A DNA stretch of 64,000 bases from Mycobacteriales bacterium (GCA_036268295.1 DATAUK010000015.1:9527-73526); one strand, 5' to 3'; counted from the stretch's first letter, positions 1-9,823 are shown. The notes: generated from the letters alone by a model not told the origin. Numbers and translations: made by a program.

Positions 1-1
1 C

Positions 2-595
2 AACCCGACCGGCACCGCAGCGAGTGCCGAGGCGATCAGCGGCTTCCTCGACCGGATCCCTGACGACGTGCTCGTCGTGATCGACGAGGCTTACCACCAC
101 TACGCCGATCCGGCCGTCGTGCCGGATGCGCTTGCCAGCTTCGTCGACCGTCCCAACGTCGTCGTGACCCGGACGTTCTCCAAGGCCTACGCACTCGCGG
201 GGCTGCGGGTCGGCTACTGCGTCGGTGCGCCTGAGGTCATCGCTGCGGTCCGCAAGACGCAGGTGCCGTTCAGCGTCAGCGGACTCGCGCAGGAGTGCGC
301 CATCGCCGCGCTGGCAGAGACCGTCGAAGTCGAGCGCCGTGCGGCCCTCACGGTCGCCGAGCGGGACCGCGTCACCAAAGAGCTCGCCGCCGCCGGCCAC
401 GACGTCCCGCCGTCACAGGCCAACTTCGTCTGGCTGCCGCTCGGCGAGGACGCAGCGGCGTTCGGTGCGCACTGCGAGTCCGGGGGAGTGATCGTCAGGC
501 CGTTCGCCGGCGACGGTGTACGGGTCACGATCGGACTGCCCGAGGAGAACGACCAGTTCCTCGCCCTCGTGTCGGCATGGTCTGGGCGCGGCTGA
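2..595 (+). CDS. pat: PLP-dependent histidinol-phosphate/aromatic amino acid aminotransferase (Pat/HisC2-like), 5' truncated by window edge
   Basis: Frame open from position 2 (NPTGT...); motifs IDEAYHHY, RTFSKAYALAGLRVGY (PLP lysine), SQANFVW, GVRVTIG. Confidence 0.85.
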   Translation, partial: NPTGTAASAEAISGFLDRIPDDVLVVIDEAYHHYADPAVVPDALASFVDRPNVVVTRTFSKAYALAGLRVGYCVGAPEVIAAVRKTQVPFSVSGLAQECAIAALAETVEVERRAALTVAERDRVTKELAAAGHDVPPSQANFVWLPLGEDAAAFGAHCESGGVIVRPFAGDGVRVTIGLPEENDQFLALVSAWSGRG

Positions 596-612
596 CCTGA
601 CAGGCTGACCGC

Positions 613-1857
613 GTGGTCGTGCGGGCGAAGGGTCTCATCGTCACGATCTGCGTGATCAGCGGCTTCTTCGCGCTGGGTGGCTTCCTCGCGATCGCGGGCA
701 GCGGTCAAAGTGCCGGGCATCGCGCCGTGGACGGCGTGATCGGGCTGGCGGTGCTGATCCTCGGGGTCCGAACTGCCGTGACGGGCCTGCGGCTCGAGGC
801 GATGACGACGACGGTTCGTGGCCTCACCACGACGGATCGACTGGCCCGGGCCGAGGTGCTCGGTCTTGCCGTTCAACCGATCGCTCGCGGCCGGCTTCGC
901 CGGATCGTCGTGGTCTGCGCCGATGGCCGGATCATCCCGGCGGTCTGGACGGTAGGTCGCGCCACCGACGCGTGGTGGGAGCAGCGAGCCGCCACCGCGG
1001 CGGGCGGCTTCGGGCCGACGCAGCTGGCTGTGACCGAGACACTGACCCGGACTGAGCGGCTGGCTGGCACCGCCATGTTGCCGATCGTCACCGCTGAGCC
1101 CGAGCTGTCACCGGCGACCGTGTCCCCGGTCGAGCCAGCCGATGGATCTACTCGCTGGCTCGGCTGGGAGACGACCTTTGTGGTCATTGCATTCGCGCTG
1201 CCGGGGCTTGCCGCGGCCGTCGAGATCCTCGCCCAACATGTCGACGGCGTCAGCGATCTCAACGAGTTCGAGCTGCCGCTGCCGCACCACCCCGCAGCGA
1301 GCCTGTTCATCCTGCTGCTCGGCTATCTCACCAGCGCGCTGATCGTGCCGATTGCCCTGCTGCTGCTTGCCCGCACCGGACAGCCGCCGACCTCACTCGG
1401 TTTGCACCGGCGCGGCCTCCGGCGCGACACCAGCAGCGCAGTCGGTCTGCTCGCGGCGGTGTGGGTGCTCAACATCGTGCTGTTGCTGCCGCTCTCGCCG
1501 TTACTCAACAACAAGCACCTGACCAACACCGCAACCAACAGCCACGTCCCGGTCTACTACGTCCTCTACGGGCTGTTCGTCTCGGCGGTGACGGCGATCA
1601 ACGAAGAGGTCGTCGTCAACGGCTATTTCATGACCCGGCTCTCCCAGCGCGGCTGGTCGCCATGGCGCGCGTTCGCGTTGAGCCTCGCAGTGCGCACCTC
1701 CTACCACGCCTACTACGGCATCGGTCTGATCGCGACGATTCCACTGGGATATCTCGCGACCCGCTCGTTCCAGAAACGTGGGCGGCTCGGCCGCCCGATC
1801 CTGCTCCATTTCATGTACGACGCGGTCCTGTTCACCATCGCGGTCCTGACGTCCTGA
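613..1857 (+). CDS. CPBP (Abi/CAAX-like) intramembrane glutamic endopeptidase with N-terminal membrane/PH-like extension
   Basis: Multiple TM segments; motifs INEEVVVNGY, SYHAYYG, HFMYD in the C-terminal half. Confidence 0.8.
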   Translation: MVVRAKGLIVTICVISGFFALGGFLAIAGSGQSAGHRAVDGVIGLAVLILGVRTAVTGLRLEAMTTTVRGLTTTDRLARAEVLGLAVQPIARGRLRRIVVVCADGRIIPAVWTVGRATDAWWEQRAATAAGGFGPTQLAVTETLTRTERLAGTAMLPIVTAEPELSPATVSPVEPADGSTRWLGWETTFVVIAFALPGLAAAVEILAQHVDGVSDLNEFELPLPHHPAASLFILLLGYLTSALIVPIALLLLARTGQPPTSLGLHRRGLRRDTSSAVGLLAAVWVLNIVLLLPLSPLLNNKHLTNTATNSHVPVYYVLYGLFVSAVTAINEEVVVNGYFMTRLSQRGWSPWRAFALSLAVRTSYHAYYGIGLIATIPLGYLATRSFQKRGRLGRPILLHFMYDAVLFTIAVLTS

Positions 1858-1869
1858 CACCCCGGGGTT

Positions 1870-1902
1870 CAGCGCACGCCCGCGGGCCGATGGCGTGCGC
1901 TG
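1870..1902. terminator. Hairpin between convergent genes (probable bidirectional intrinsic terminator)
   Basis: Perfect 11-bp inverted repeat CAGCGCACGCC / GGCGTGCGCTG with an 11-nt loop. Confidence 0.65.
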
Positions 1903-1940
1903 TCATCGAGCCGACCGGGCGGGCACTTTGGGTCCGCGGG

Positions 1941-2939
1941 TCAGCCGGCTTTGTCGACCGGCTGTGGTGCGGCCGCAACGACTGCGATCCGCTCGGCGCC
2001 AGGCGACGCGTGGAGATGAACTGTGTCACCGACGTGCAGATCCAGCTCGTGGATCTGGTTGCGGGTGAGCTGCACCGTTACGGGCTCGCCGCCGCCTACC
2101 GGACGCGCGACCAGCCGGGTCTCGAACCCGAGTGACACCAGCCGCTCGACGACCGCGGCGTGGGTCCCCGCGCTCTCGCGCTGTGAGACGCGGATGTCGT
2201 GCGGGCGAACCAGCGTGCCGCCGAGCGTCGTCACCGGTCCGAGGAACCCCATCACGAAGTCGTTGACCGGATGGTCGTAGAGCCCGTCCGGCGTACCCGC
2301 CTGCTCGACCCGGCCGTCGTTGATGACGATGATCTGGTCGGAGATCTCCATCGCCTCTTCCTGGTCGTGCGTGACGAAGATCGTGGTGGTGTGCACCTCG
2401 TCGTGCAGCCGGCGAAGCCACTCCCGCAACTCCTGGCGGACCTTGACATCGAGCGCTCCGAACGGCTCGTCGAGCAGCAGCAGTCCGGGCTCGACCGCGA
2501 GTGCCCGCGCCAGCGCCATCCGCTGCCGCTGCCCGCCGGAGAGCTCGGAGGGGTAGCGATCGGCAAGACCGTCCAGATGCACCAGCTTGAGCAGGTCGTT
2601 GACCCGGCCGCGGATCTTCTCCTTCGGGGTCTTGGCCACCTTGAGCCCGAAGGAGACGTTGTCCCACACCGTCATATGGGTGAAGGCCGCATAGTGCTGG
2701 AAGACGAAGCCGATGCCCCGGTCACGAGCCGCGACGTTGGTCACGTCGCTGCCCTCGATGAACACCGTCCCGGAGTCAGCAGTCTCGAGCCCGGCGATGA
2801 TCCGAAGCAGCGTCGACTTGCCGCCGCCGCTCGGTCCGAGCACGGCGGTCAACTGCCCCGGCAGGATGTCGACGCTGACGTCTCGCAGCGCATGGAACTC
2901 GCCAAACGACTTGCTGACGTTGCGCACCTCGATGCTCAA
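1941..2939 (-). CDS. cysA: Sulfate/thiosulfate ABC transporter ATP-binding protein
   Basis: [34 protein letters not shown]-terminal TOBE-like region; TTG start at 2939 ([10 protein letters not shown]) immediately after the cysW stop. Confidence 0.93.
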   Translation of the reverse strand: MSIEVRNVSKSFGEFHALRDVSVDILPGQLTAVLGPSGGGKSTLLRIIAGLETADSGTVFIEGSDVTNVAARDRGIGFVFQHYAAFTHMTVWDNVSFGLKVAKTPKEKIRGRVNDLLKLVHLDGLADRYPSELSGGQRQRMALARALAVEPGLLLLDEPFGALDVKVRQELREWLRRLHDEVHTTTIFVTHDQEEAMEISDQIIVINDGRVEQAGTPDGLYDHPVNDFVMGFLGPVTTLGGTLVRPHDIRVSQRESAGTHAAVVERLVSLGFETRLVARPVGGGEPVTVQLTRNQIHELDLHVGDTVHLHASPGAERIAVVAAAPQPVDKAG

Positions 2940-2940
2940 T

Positions 2941-3741
2941 TTACGCCTCCTTCGTGGCACGCCGGCGGCTGCTGAACGACGTCATGCCGACCAGGATGAG
3001 CAGGGAGATGACCGCGAGCAGTAAGCCTGCGCTGTACGCCGCCGTCGGATCGAACTGGTTCACGCGGTTGCCGACATACAGCGGCAGCGTCAGTCCGGAC
3101 CCGACGATGTTGCTCGACACCAGGTTCACTGCGCCGTACTCGCCGAGCGCGCGGGCGACGGTGAGGATAGTGCCGTAGACCACGGCCCAGCGGATCGCCG
3201 GTAACGTCACTCGCCAGAATCCCTGGAACGCCGAGGCGCCGAGCACCTCAGCCGCCTGCTCCGGTTCGGTGCCGAGTTCTTCAAGCACCGGCACGATCTC
3301 GCGGACCACGAACGGCAGGCTGACGAAGACGGTCGCGACCACCATCGCCTTCCAGGTGAACAACACCGGGATGTTGTGCGCGAACAGGAACGTGCCGATC
3401 CAGCCGCCGCGGCCGTAGAGGACGAAGACGGCAAGGCCGATCACGACCGGCGACATCGCGAACGGGATGTTGATCACAGCGTTGACCAGCCACGGCAACG
3501 GCATCTTTCGACGGGCAATCAGCCAGCCGGTGCCGATCCCGAAGCCGACGTTGATCGGGACGGCGATCACCGTGATCAACAGCGACAGCTCGATCGCACT
3601 GACCGCATTCGAGGTCGAAAGCGCGTCCCACACCGGGGAGACGCCGTGCTGGAAGGTGCGGAACGCGACGATCGCCACCGGCACGACGAGCAGTAGCGCG
3701 AGGTAAGCCAGGATCCCGTAGCGCAATGCGTGTTTACCCAT
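2941..3741 (-). CDS. cysW: Sulfate ABC transporter permease
   Basis: [35 protein letters not shown]; operon position. Confidence 0.92.
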   Translation of the reverse strand: MGKHALRYGILAYLALLLVVPVAIVAFRTFQHGVSPVWDALSTSNAVSAIELSLLITVIAVPINVGFGIGTGWLIARRKMPLPWLVNAVINIPFAMSPVVIGLAVFVLYGRGGWIGTFLFAHNIPVLFTWKAMVVATVFVSLPFVVREIVPVLEELGTEPEQAAEVLGASAFQGFWRVTLPAIRWAVVYGTILTVARALGEYGAVNLVSSNIVGSGLTLPLYVGNRVNQFDPTAAYSAGLLLAVISLLILVGMTSFSSRRRATKEA

Positions 3742-4555
3742 TGCGCATCCACCGCCGGGTCACCAGCGTCAGCGCGATGAAGAGGACCAGCGCGATCGCG
3801 ATCAGAGTGACGCCGACTGCGGCAGCGGTCTGCGGCGCGTCGTTCTGGACGTCGTTGAAGATCAGTTGTGAGGCGATCTCGGTGTGCGGCAGGTTGCCGC
3901 CGATCAGAACGACCGAGCCGAACTCACCCAGTGCCCGGGCAAACGCGAGCGAGGCGCCGGTGAGCGCAGCGGCGCGGATCGCCGGCAGGATGATGCGCCG
4001 GAAGATGGTCCACGGTCTCGCCCCGAGGCAGGCGGCGGCGTCCTCGACGTCGCGCTCAAGTGTCAGCAGCACCGGCTGCACCGCGCGGGTCACGAACGGC
4101 AGCGTCACGAACAGCAGGGCCACCAGTACGGCGACCCGGGTGCCGGCGATGTCGACGCCGATCGGGCTGTTCGGGCCGTATAAGGCGAGCAGCACCAGAC
4201 TGGCGACGATCGTCGGAAGCGCGAACGGGAGATCGATCAGGGAATTGACGACCGACTTGCCCGGGAAGTCGTCGCGGACTAGCACCCAGGCAAGCGCGAC
4301 GCCGGTGATCGTGTTGATGACCGCGACGCCGAGCGCCACGAGGAGCGTGAACGCCAGCACCGATCGGGCCTGCGGGTCGTGTAACAGCGCTGACCAGGCA
4401 CTGACATGCGCGGACTGGCCAACCATCGCCGCGACCGGAAGGCCGACCAGCAGCGACAGGTAGAGCATCGAGACGCCGGGACCGAGCCCGACCAGGACCG
4501 GCCGTGGCACGACCCGAGGGCGGGGCGGCGCCACGGCCATGCTGCCAGCGCTCAT
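3734..4555 (-). CDS. cysT: Sulfate ABC transporter permease
   Basis: WVLVRDDFPGK, DLPFALPTIVA, FVTLPFVTRAVQPVL, ARALGEFGSVV. Confidence 0.92.
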   Translation of the reverse strand: MSAGSMAVAPPRPRVVPRPVLVGLGPGVSMLYLSLLVGLPVAAMVGQSAHVSAWSALLHDPQARSVLAFTLLVALGVAVINTITGVALAWVLVRDDFPGKSVVNSLIDLPFALPTIVASLVLLALYGPNSPIGVDIAGTRVAVLVALLFVTLPFVTRAVQPVLLTLERDVEDAAACLGARPWTIFRRIILPAIRAAALTGASLAFARALGEFGSVVLIGGNLPHTEIASQLIFNDVQNDAPQTAAAVGVTLIAIALVLFIALTLVTRRWMRNG

Positions 4556-5571
4556 TGGTCACTTGACCCGCGGCCGAGCGACTCTTCGATCGCGGCGATC
4601 GAGCCGGTAGGTGAGCCGGCCGTCGTGTTGAAGAACTGCTTGTTCACCGCCTCCCAGCCACCGAGCGAGGCGATCGTGAACAGGCCAGGTGGGGTAGGGA
4701 ACTTGCTGGTGTCCAAATCCGCCTTCACGACCGGCCGGTAACCCTGGCTCGCGAAGATCTTCTGGCCGTCATCGCTGTAGAGGAACTTCACGAAGTTGTT
4801 GGCCAGGGTCGGGTTCTGCGCGTTGCTGGTGACCGCGATCGGGTTCTCGATCAGGATCGTGTCCGGGGGAGTGAGGTAGGAGATGGCGTCGCCGGCCTGC
4901 TGCGCCTCGATCGCCTCGTTCTCATAGCCGATCAGGACGTCGCCGGTGCCGCCGACGAACGCGGCGGTCGCATCCGAGCCGCTGTCGGGCTGGGAGACGG
5001 TGTGCTGGAGCAGCGCCTTGATGAACGCAAGCGCCTGGGCCGGCGTCTTGCCTTCCTTGAGCTCGGCGCCGTACGCCGCCATCAGGTTCCAGCAGGCGCT
5101 GCCCGAGCTCAGCGGGTTAGGCGTGACGACCTTGACGCCCGGCTTGATCAGGTCGTCCCAGTTCTTGATGCCGAGCGGGTTGCCCTTCCGGGTGATCAGC
5201 ACGGCGACCGAGTCGGTGATCATCCCCTGGTAGGGGTTGGCATCCCAGCTTGCCGCCACCAGCTTGGCGGTCACCAGCTTTTCCATGTCCGAGGCGCGGG
5301 AGAACTCCACCACGTCGGCCTTCTGGCCGGCTACGACGTTCTTCTCCTGGGTTCCCGACGGACCGTATGCCGGCGCGAGCCGGGTGCCGCTGCCCGCGAC
5401 AGTTTTGGCAAACGCCGGGAAGAGCGCTTCGTATGCCGTTTCCGGGGTGCTGTAGGCGACCAGGTTGATGGTCTTGCTGCTCGATCCGCCTGAGGAAGAC
5501 CCACAGCCCGACGTGACGGCCAGAATGGCCAGTGCGCCGACGCCGGCGATGGCTCGCTTCGTGCTGAACAA
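4552..5571 (-). CDS. sbp: Sulfate ABC transporter substrate-binding lipoprotein
   Basis: TTG start after AGGAG RBS; lipobox TSGC; TPNPLSSGSACWN, GDVLIGYENEA, ILIENPIAV, GYRP motifs. Confidence 0.9.
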   Translation of the reverse strand: MFSTKRAIAGVGALAILAVTSGCGSSSGGSSSKTINLVAYSTPETAYEALFPAFAKTVAGSGTRLAPAYGPSGTQEKNVVAGQKADVVEFSRASDMEKLVTAKLVAASWDANPYQGMITDSVAVLITRKGNPLGIKNWDDLIKPGVKVVTPNPLSSGSACWNLMAAYGAELKEGKTPAQALAFIKALLQHTVSQPDSGSDATAAFVGGTGDVLIGYENEAIEAQQAGDAISYLTPPDTILIENPIAVTSNAQNPTLANNFVKFLYSDDGQKIFASQGYRPVVKADLDTSKFPTPPGLFTIASLGGWEAVNKQFFNTTAGSPTGSIAAIEESLGRGSSDQ

Positions 5572-5610
5572 GACGATGCTCCTCTGCTGTGTGATGGGTA
5601 TGACGGCCGA

Positions 5611-5642
5611 TTTAACTAAGACCACCAGTTTACTAGAGTTTA
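5611..5642. promoter_or_regulatory. AT-rich imperfect palindrome upstream of the sulfate operon (candidate operator/promoter)
   Basis: TTTAACTAAGACCACCAGTTTACTAGAGTTTA, with core CCAGT-TT-ACTAG; strongly AT-rich against a GC-rich background. Confidence 0.35.
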
Positions 5643-5707
5643 GCACGGCAGGAACTGTCAGCGCGCCGGGAGTCATCGACGAGTCGCGGGTCTAACGGTG
5701 GCGGGGG

Positions 5708-6682
5708 CTACCGGTGGCGGACGGTCGGAACCGACGCGGTCGCACCGTGGCCGAGGAAACGACGCAGATGGGCCGGCTCGTGCACGGCCACCGCCGAGTG
5801 GAAAAGTGCCGCTTCGTCCGTGACGCCATCAAAGGTCCCCATCACCGACAACAGCAGCACTCCGGCGGCGAGCGCGAGCATCACCGGGTGGCGCCGCGGT
5901 GGGTCCTCGAGCAGGGCCGCTACCCGTCCTTCCACCGTGTTGGAGGTGAACCCGAGCGCGCCGGCCGGCCGGATTCCGCTGCGCGCGGCGGCAGCGTTGC
6001 GCAGCGCGCTGGCGACCAGCACGCGGTCGTTGCCGCGCGCCGCGTCCTCATCGGCCCACCGCTCAGTGAGCCAGACTTGGGTCCGCGGCAGCGAGCCGAG
6101 CAACGGGTTCAGCGCGCTCGCCATGAGCGCCGCGCTGCGGTGCCAGTGGTGATGATGGCGCAGATGCGAGCGCTCGTGCGCGAACATCACGTCGCACTCC
6201 GCGCGGCTGAGCAGCGAAAGCATGCCGCGCGTCACGTAGATCCGGCCGGGCCGGCCCGGCACGGCGTACGCGTCGGGGTCGGCGTCGGGAAGGACGACAA
6301 GATCGCTGCCGGTGTCCCGCACCTCGCGGTTGAGGCGGTACGCCGCGGCCATCGCCCGGCTTCGGTGGAGCGCTGCCCAGCTCAAACGCGCGACTCCGAT
6401 GCTGACCAGCGCGAGCGCCGCTAGGGCGACCGGCACCCGCACCGGATCAGCATGACGCAGCGCCCGGATCGACCAGTGACCCTCCGAGGCGACGGCGCCG
6501 TCCTGACCGATCAGGGTCATGGCGAGCAGCCCGAGTGCGCCCATCCCGCTGGCCGCCGAGATCAGGCCCCCGGTCGTCAACAGCCAGGTGGCGGCCGCCG
6601 GCGACACCCGCCGCGCGATGAGTGGCGCGATCAGGCCGAACAGGCCGGCGAAACCGAGACCGGCGTACACCGAGTAATGCAT
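5708..6682 (-). CDS. M56/M48-family membrane zinc metallopeptidase (BlaR1 peptidase-like)
   Basis: N-terminal TMs, AYAVPG, HERSH (HExxH), ERWADEDA third ligand; directly downstream of a BlaI-type repressor. Confidence 0.88.
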   Translation of the reverse strand: MHYSVYAGLGFAGLFGLIAPLIARRVSPAAATWLLTTGGLISAASGMGALGLLAMTLIGQDGAVASEGHWSIRALRHADPVRVPVALAALALVSIGVARLSWAALHRSRAMAAAYRLNREVRDTGSDLVVLPDADPDAYAVPGRPGRIYVTRGMLSLLSRAECDVMFAHERSHLRHHHHWHRSAALMASALNPLLGSLPRTQVWLTERWADEDAARGNDRVLVASALRNAAAARSGIRPAGALGFTSNTVEGRVAALLEDPPRRHPVMLALAAGVLLLSVMGTFDGVTDEAALFHSAVAVHEPAHLRRFLGHGATASVPTVRHR

Positions 6683-6694
6683 TGCCGGCCCGGA

Positions 6695-7066
6695 TCAGCG
6701 CCGGCTGGCGGCGCGGCGGAGCAGGGCGGCGAGCGTACGTTCGTCATCTGGGCTGAGCGAGCCGACGAAACGGGCGAGCACCGCCTCGCGATCGAGTCCG
6801 CTGTCGAGCAGCGAACGCATCTGCGACGCCGCAAGCTCGGACTGCTCGTAGGCAGGCCTATATAGATAGGCCCGCCCGACACGGGTCCGGGTCACCGAGC
6901 CTTTGTCATGGAGTCGGCTCAATATGGTCATGACGGTGGTGTACGCGAGCTCGGTGCCGAGCTCGGCTCGGACCTGGCCCGGCGACATCGGCGTCCCGGC
7001 CCGCCACAGCGCGGCCAGAACGTCGGCCTCGAGCTCACCGGGTGCGCGTCGGGATTGTCCAGCCAT
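6695..7066 (-). CDS. BlaI/MecI/CopY family transcriptional repressor
   Basis: GELEADVLAALW, LAYTTVMTILSRL, GRAYLYRP; ATG at 7066 after GGAG. Confidence 0.92.
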   Translation of the reverse strand: MAGQSRRAPGELEADVLAALWRAGTPMSPGQVRAELGTELAYTTVMTILSRLHDKGSVTRTRVGRAYLYRPAYEQSELAASQMRSLLDSGLDREAVLARFVGSLSPDDERTLAALLRRAASRR

Positions 7067-7085
7067 CAGTTCTCCGCGGGTTCTC

Positions 7086-7103
7086 ACTACGACTGACTGT
7101 AGT
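7086..7103. promoter_or_regulatory. Candidate BlaI operator overlapping the -10 of blaI
   Basis: ACTAC-N8-GTAGT inverted repeat 20 bp upstream of the start; contains TACAGT -10 on the minus strand. Confidence 0.65.
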
Positions 7104-7106
7104 TGA

Positions 7107-7847
7107 TTAGGCCGAGCTGGACACCGGGCGGGAGTAACGCAGGTAGAGCAGGTCGTCACGGGTCAGCACATGACGTAACCGCAGGTGGGTCGGTTTCTCG
7201 CGCGCCGACGCCGGCTGGTCGGTAGTGGGCTGCGAGCCGGCGAGGTACGGCGAGACGGTGAGGCACATGTCGTCGACCAGGTCTGCCTCGACAAGCTGGC
7301 TCAGCAGGAACGGGCCGCCTTCGCACAGGATTCGGTCAAGGCCACGCCCGCCGAGCTCGGCGAGCAGTCGGGCGAGGTCGATCGTCTCGTCCCCGACGAA
7401 CACCACGTCGGCGACGTCGCGCAGCGCGGCGGCCTGCTCGGCGCTGCGCTCGAGTGTCGCGATGATGGTGCGCGGACCCTCGGGTGCGAAGATCCGCAGC
7501 CTCGGTGACAACATGCTGCGACCGGTGACGACGACCAGCGGGGGTGCGGCGGCGTACCCGCTGGCGACTCGGTCGCCGCGAACCTCGTCGCTGAGCGTGA
7601 CCGGGCCGTAGCGCTCGGCCTGTACGGTCGCCGCACCCACCATGATCGCGTCAGCGTGGCCGCGCATCGCGAGGAGCAGCGCCTGGTCCGCGGGGTCGGT
7701 CACCGCCTTGGTGCGACCGTCGAACGCGCCGGCGCCATCGAGCGTCATCACCATGTTGGCGCGGACGCCGTGGGGCGCGTCGCCGTAGTAGCGATCGAGC
7801 TCGGGTTGGGTGTCGGGCAGCAGCGCAATGCCGTCAGGGGTTGCCAT
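7107..7847 (-). CDS. Pyrimidine reductase / RibD C-terminal domain family protein
   Basis: VRANMVMTLDG, ADAIMVGAATV, ILCEGGP, DDMCLTVSP; ATG 6 nt after a CAGGCT -10-like hexamer. Confidence 0.88.
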   Translation of the reverse strand: MATPDGIALLPDTQPELDRYYGDAPHGVRANMVMTLDGAGAFDGRTKAVTDPADQALLLAMRGHADAIMVGAATVQAERYGPVTLSDEVRGDRVASGYAAAPPLVVVTGRSMLSPRLRIFAPEGPRTIIATLERSAEQAAALRDVADVVFVGDETIDLARLLAELGGRGLDRILCEGGPFLLSQLVEADLVDDMCLTVSPYLAGSQPTTDQPASAREKPTHLRLRHVLTRDDLLYLRYSRPVSSSA

Positions 7848-7902
7848 GGTCACAGCCTGCCAGGTGCTTACGTTGTGGGCGCGGGGCGCCGATGGTGAAC
7901 AG

Positions 7903-8553
7903 GTGTCCGGCAACACCCGGTATGAGCTGGCGCCGCTCGGTCGCCGAGGCCTGGCCTGGCTGATCGACATGACACTCGGCGGTCTGGTCGCTGTCACCGT
8001 CATCAAGGTCGCCGGTGGTGAGCGTGATCTGGGGGCGGTCTGGGATCTGGTGGTGTTCAAGTCGGTCAACGGCCAGGTCGGCCAGCAGCTCTCGGCCGCC
8101 ACGAACCCTGGCGCCGCCGGCCTCGCGGCGATCCGCCCGGTCGCCGGCCTGCTGGGGATCGTGACCGGGCTGTTTGTCGCCGCCGTCGCCTACCGCGTGG
8201 TGACCAACGCCAAGTGGGGGGCCGGGTTCGGCAAGACCATCCTCGGGCTGCAGGTCGTGGTCGATCGCGGCGAGCCGGAGCAGCGAGTCACCGACGGCCG
8301 GGTGTCGCAGGTGCCCGGCTGGGCCAAGGCCTGGAAGCGCTGGGCGGTGCCGCAGGTGTCGAGCTTGATCCCGCTGCCGATGACCGGCCTGCTCGGCTAT
8401 CTGCCGGCGCTGCGAGATCCGCGCCGCCGAGGGCTTCACGACCTCGCCGCCGGGACAGTGGTGATCGACCTGCGAGCGGTCGTCGCGCCGCGCGCCAGCC
8501 GGGATGCGGTCGCGGGGTCAGGCGCCCAGGACTTCTATCTCACGCTGCGTTAA
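7903..8553 (+). CDS. RDD family membrane protein
   Basis: LAPLGRRGLAWLID, GKTILGLQVV, RRGLHDLAAGTVVI; start codon approximate. Confidence 0.82.
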   Translation: MSGNTRYELAPLGRRGLAWLIDMTLGGLVAVTVIKVAGGERDLGAVWDLVVFKSVNGQVGQQLSAATNPGAAGLAAIRPVAGLLGIVTGLFVAAVAYRVVTNAKWGAGFGKTILGLQVVVDRGEPEQRVTDGRVSQVPGWAKAWKRWAVPQVSSLIPLPMTGLLGYLPALRDPRRRGLHDLAAGTVVIDLRAVVAPRASRDAVAGSGAQDFYLTLR

Positions 8554-8639
8554 GACAGATCATTCACCGAGGTCTCAAGGTGTGATGGATGTGTTGCCTA
8601 TCCGGTGCACATTCGCGATGCAAACCGGTGGAAGACTGG

Positions 8640-8672
8640 CAGGACCCGTGGCCGGGTCGGCTACGGGTCCTG
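8640..8672. terminator. Hairpin just 3' of tRNA-His
   Basis: CAGGACCCGTGGCC / GGCTACGGGTCCTG 14-bp arms with wobble pairing, 5-nt loop. Confidence 0.7.
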
Positions 8673-8674
8673 GG

Positions 8675-8751
8675 TGGGGTGAGTGACGGGACTTGAACCC
8701 GCGACATCCGGGACCACAACCCGGCGCTCTACCAGCTGAGCTACACCCACC
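8675..8751 (-). tRNA. tRNA-His(GTG)
   Basis: Cloverleaf: G-1 plus GTGGGTG/CACTCAC acceptor stem, anticodon arm CCGGG-TTGTGGT-CCCGG, GGTTCAAGTCC T-arm, C73, encoded CCA. Confidence 0.97.
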
Positions 8752-8786
8752 ATCGCGACCGGCGTTAAGGCCCGGCTGCGTCGTGC

Positions 8787-8792
8787 AGTCTA
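8787..8792 (-). promoter_or_regulatory. Probable -10 hexamer (TAGACT) for tRNA-His
   Basis: TANNNT hexamer 36 nt upstream of the tRNA 5' end. Confidence 0.45.
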
Positions 8793-8800
8793 GCCACGGC

Positions 8801-9424
8801 TCAGCTCGGCGTACCAGCGTCGTCCGCAGACCCGCTCAACGCCGCGGCGGCGGCCTTGGCGGCGGTGCTGTCCGGCCCGGGCGCCGCTACCAGCACGGTG
8901 GCCCGGTAGTAGCGCAGCTCGTTGATGCTGTCGAGGATGTCCGCGAGCGCGCGGTGGCCACCGTTTTTGGCCGGCGCGTTGTAGTAGGCCCGCGGATACC
9001 AGCGCCGCGCCAGCTCCTTGATCGTGGAGACGTCGATCATCCGGTAGTGCAGGTGGTCATCGAGGCTCGGCATGTAACTCACGATGAACGACCGGTCGGT
9101 TGCGATCGTATTTCCACAAAGCGGCGCTTTGCGGCGTTCCGGTACGAACCGCTTGACGTAGTCGAGCACCTGTTCCTCGGCCTCGGCCACCGTCGTCGTC
9201 GCGGCCGCGATCGCCTCGAGCAGGCCTGAGGAGGTGTGCATGGTGCGAACGACGTCGTCCATGCCGGCCAGCTTGTCCGAATCGGCGGCGATGACGATGT
9301 CGAGGCCCTCGTCGAGCGGGTTGAGCTCGGCGTCGGTCACGATCACCGCGATCTCGACGAGTACGTCGTTCTGCGGATCAAGGCCGGTCATCTCGCAGTC
9401 GATCCAGACCAGGGCATCGGTCAT
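8801..9424 (-). CDS. orn: Oligoribonuclease
   Basis: LVWIDCEMTGLD, PLCGNTIATDRSF, LHYRMIDVSTIKELARRWYP, HRALADILDSINEL. Confidence 0.97.
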   Translation of the reverse strand: MTDALVWIDCEMTGLDPQNDVLVEIAVIVTDAELNPLDEGLDIVIAADSDKLAGMDDVVRTMHTSSGLLEAIAAATTTVAEAEEQVLDYVKRFVPERRKAPLCGNTIATDRSFIVSYMPSLDDHLHYRMIDVSTIKELARRWYPRAYYNAPAKNGGHRALADILDSINELRYYRATVLVAAPGPDSTAAKAAAAALSGSADDAGTPS

Positions 9425-9515
9425 GGCCGTGCCCAGAATCGGGGAAGACTCGCAGCGTCGTGGGTGTAGGCAAGCACCGCGACACTGTCCCACGCCTTAC
9501 GCTGATCATGGACAA

Positions 9516-9588
9516 GCGCCCGTAGCTCAGGGGATAGAGCAGGTGCCTTCTAAGCACTTGGCCGCAGGTTCGATTCCTGCCGGGCGCG
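9516..9588 (+). tRNA. tRNA-Arg(TCT)
   Basis: GCGCCCG/CGGGCGC acceptor stem, anticodon arm GGTGC-CTTCTAA-GCACT, GGTTCGATTCC T-arm; CCA not encoded. Confidence 0.95.
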
Positions 9589-9823
9589 CGCATCGAGGTC
9601 ACCACGGAGGCGAGCGGCTCACAGCCGTTCGCGGCTACCTATCCTGTGGATACGCTGTGAGGGTAGATATCGGCGATCGAGTGGTTGACTGCACCCGCAC
9701 TCGGTGTTGCTGAAGATCAGTTGTCAGCGCATACACAACGAAATGGCGACCGTCGGTGATGAGTGGCAACGTGCGGCGAGGGCTCAGGTCCGCAGTGCGA
9801 TGTGACATGACCGGTGTCCTACA

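Noticed and set aside
8554-8639. Relatively AT-rich spacer between RDD and the tRNA-His terminator
   Set aside because: No ORF, repeat or recognisable RNA; too short to call an island relic
8640-9823. attL/attR duplications or an integrase at the two tRNAs
   Set aside because: No second copy of either tRNA 3' end and no recombinase gene found by eye, so island status remains inference
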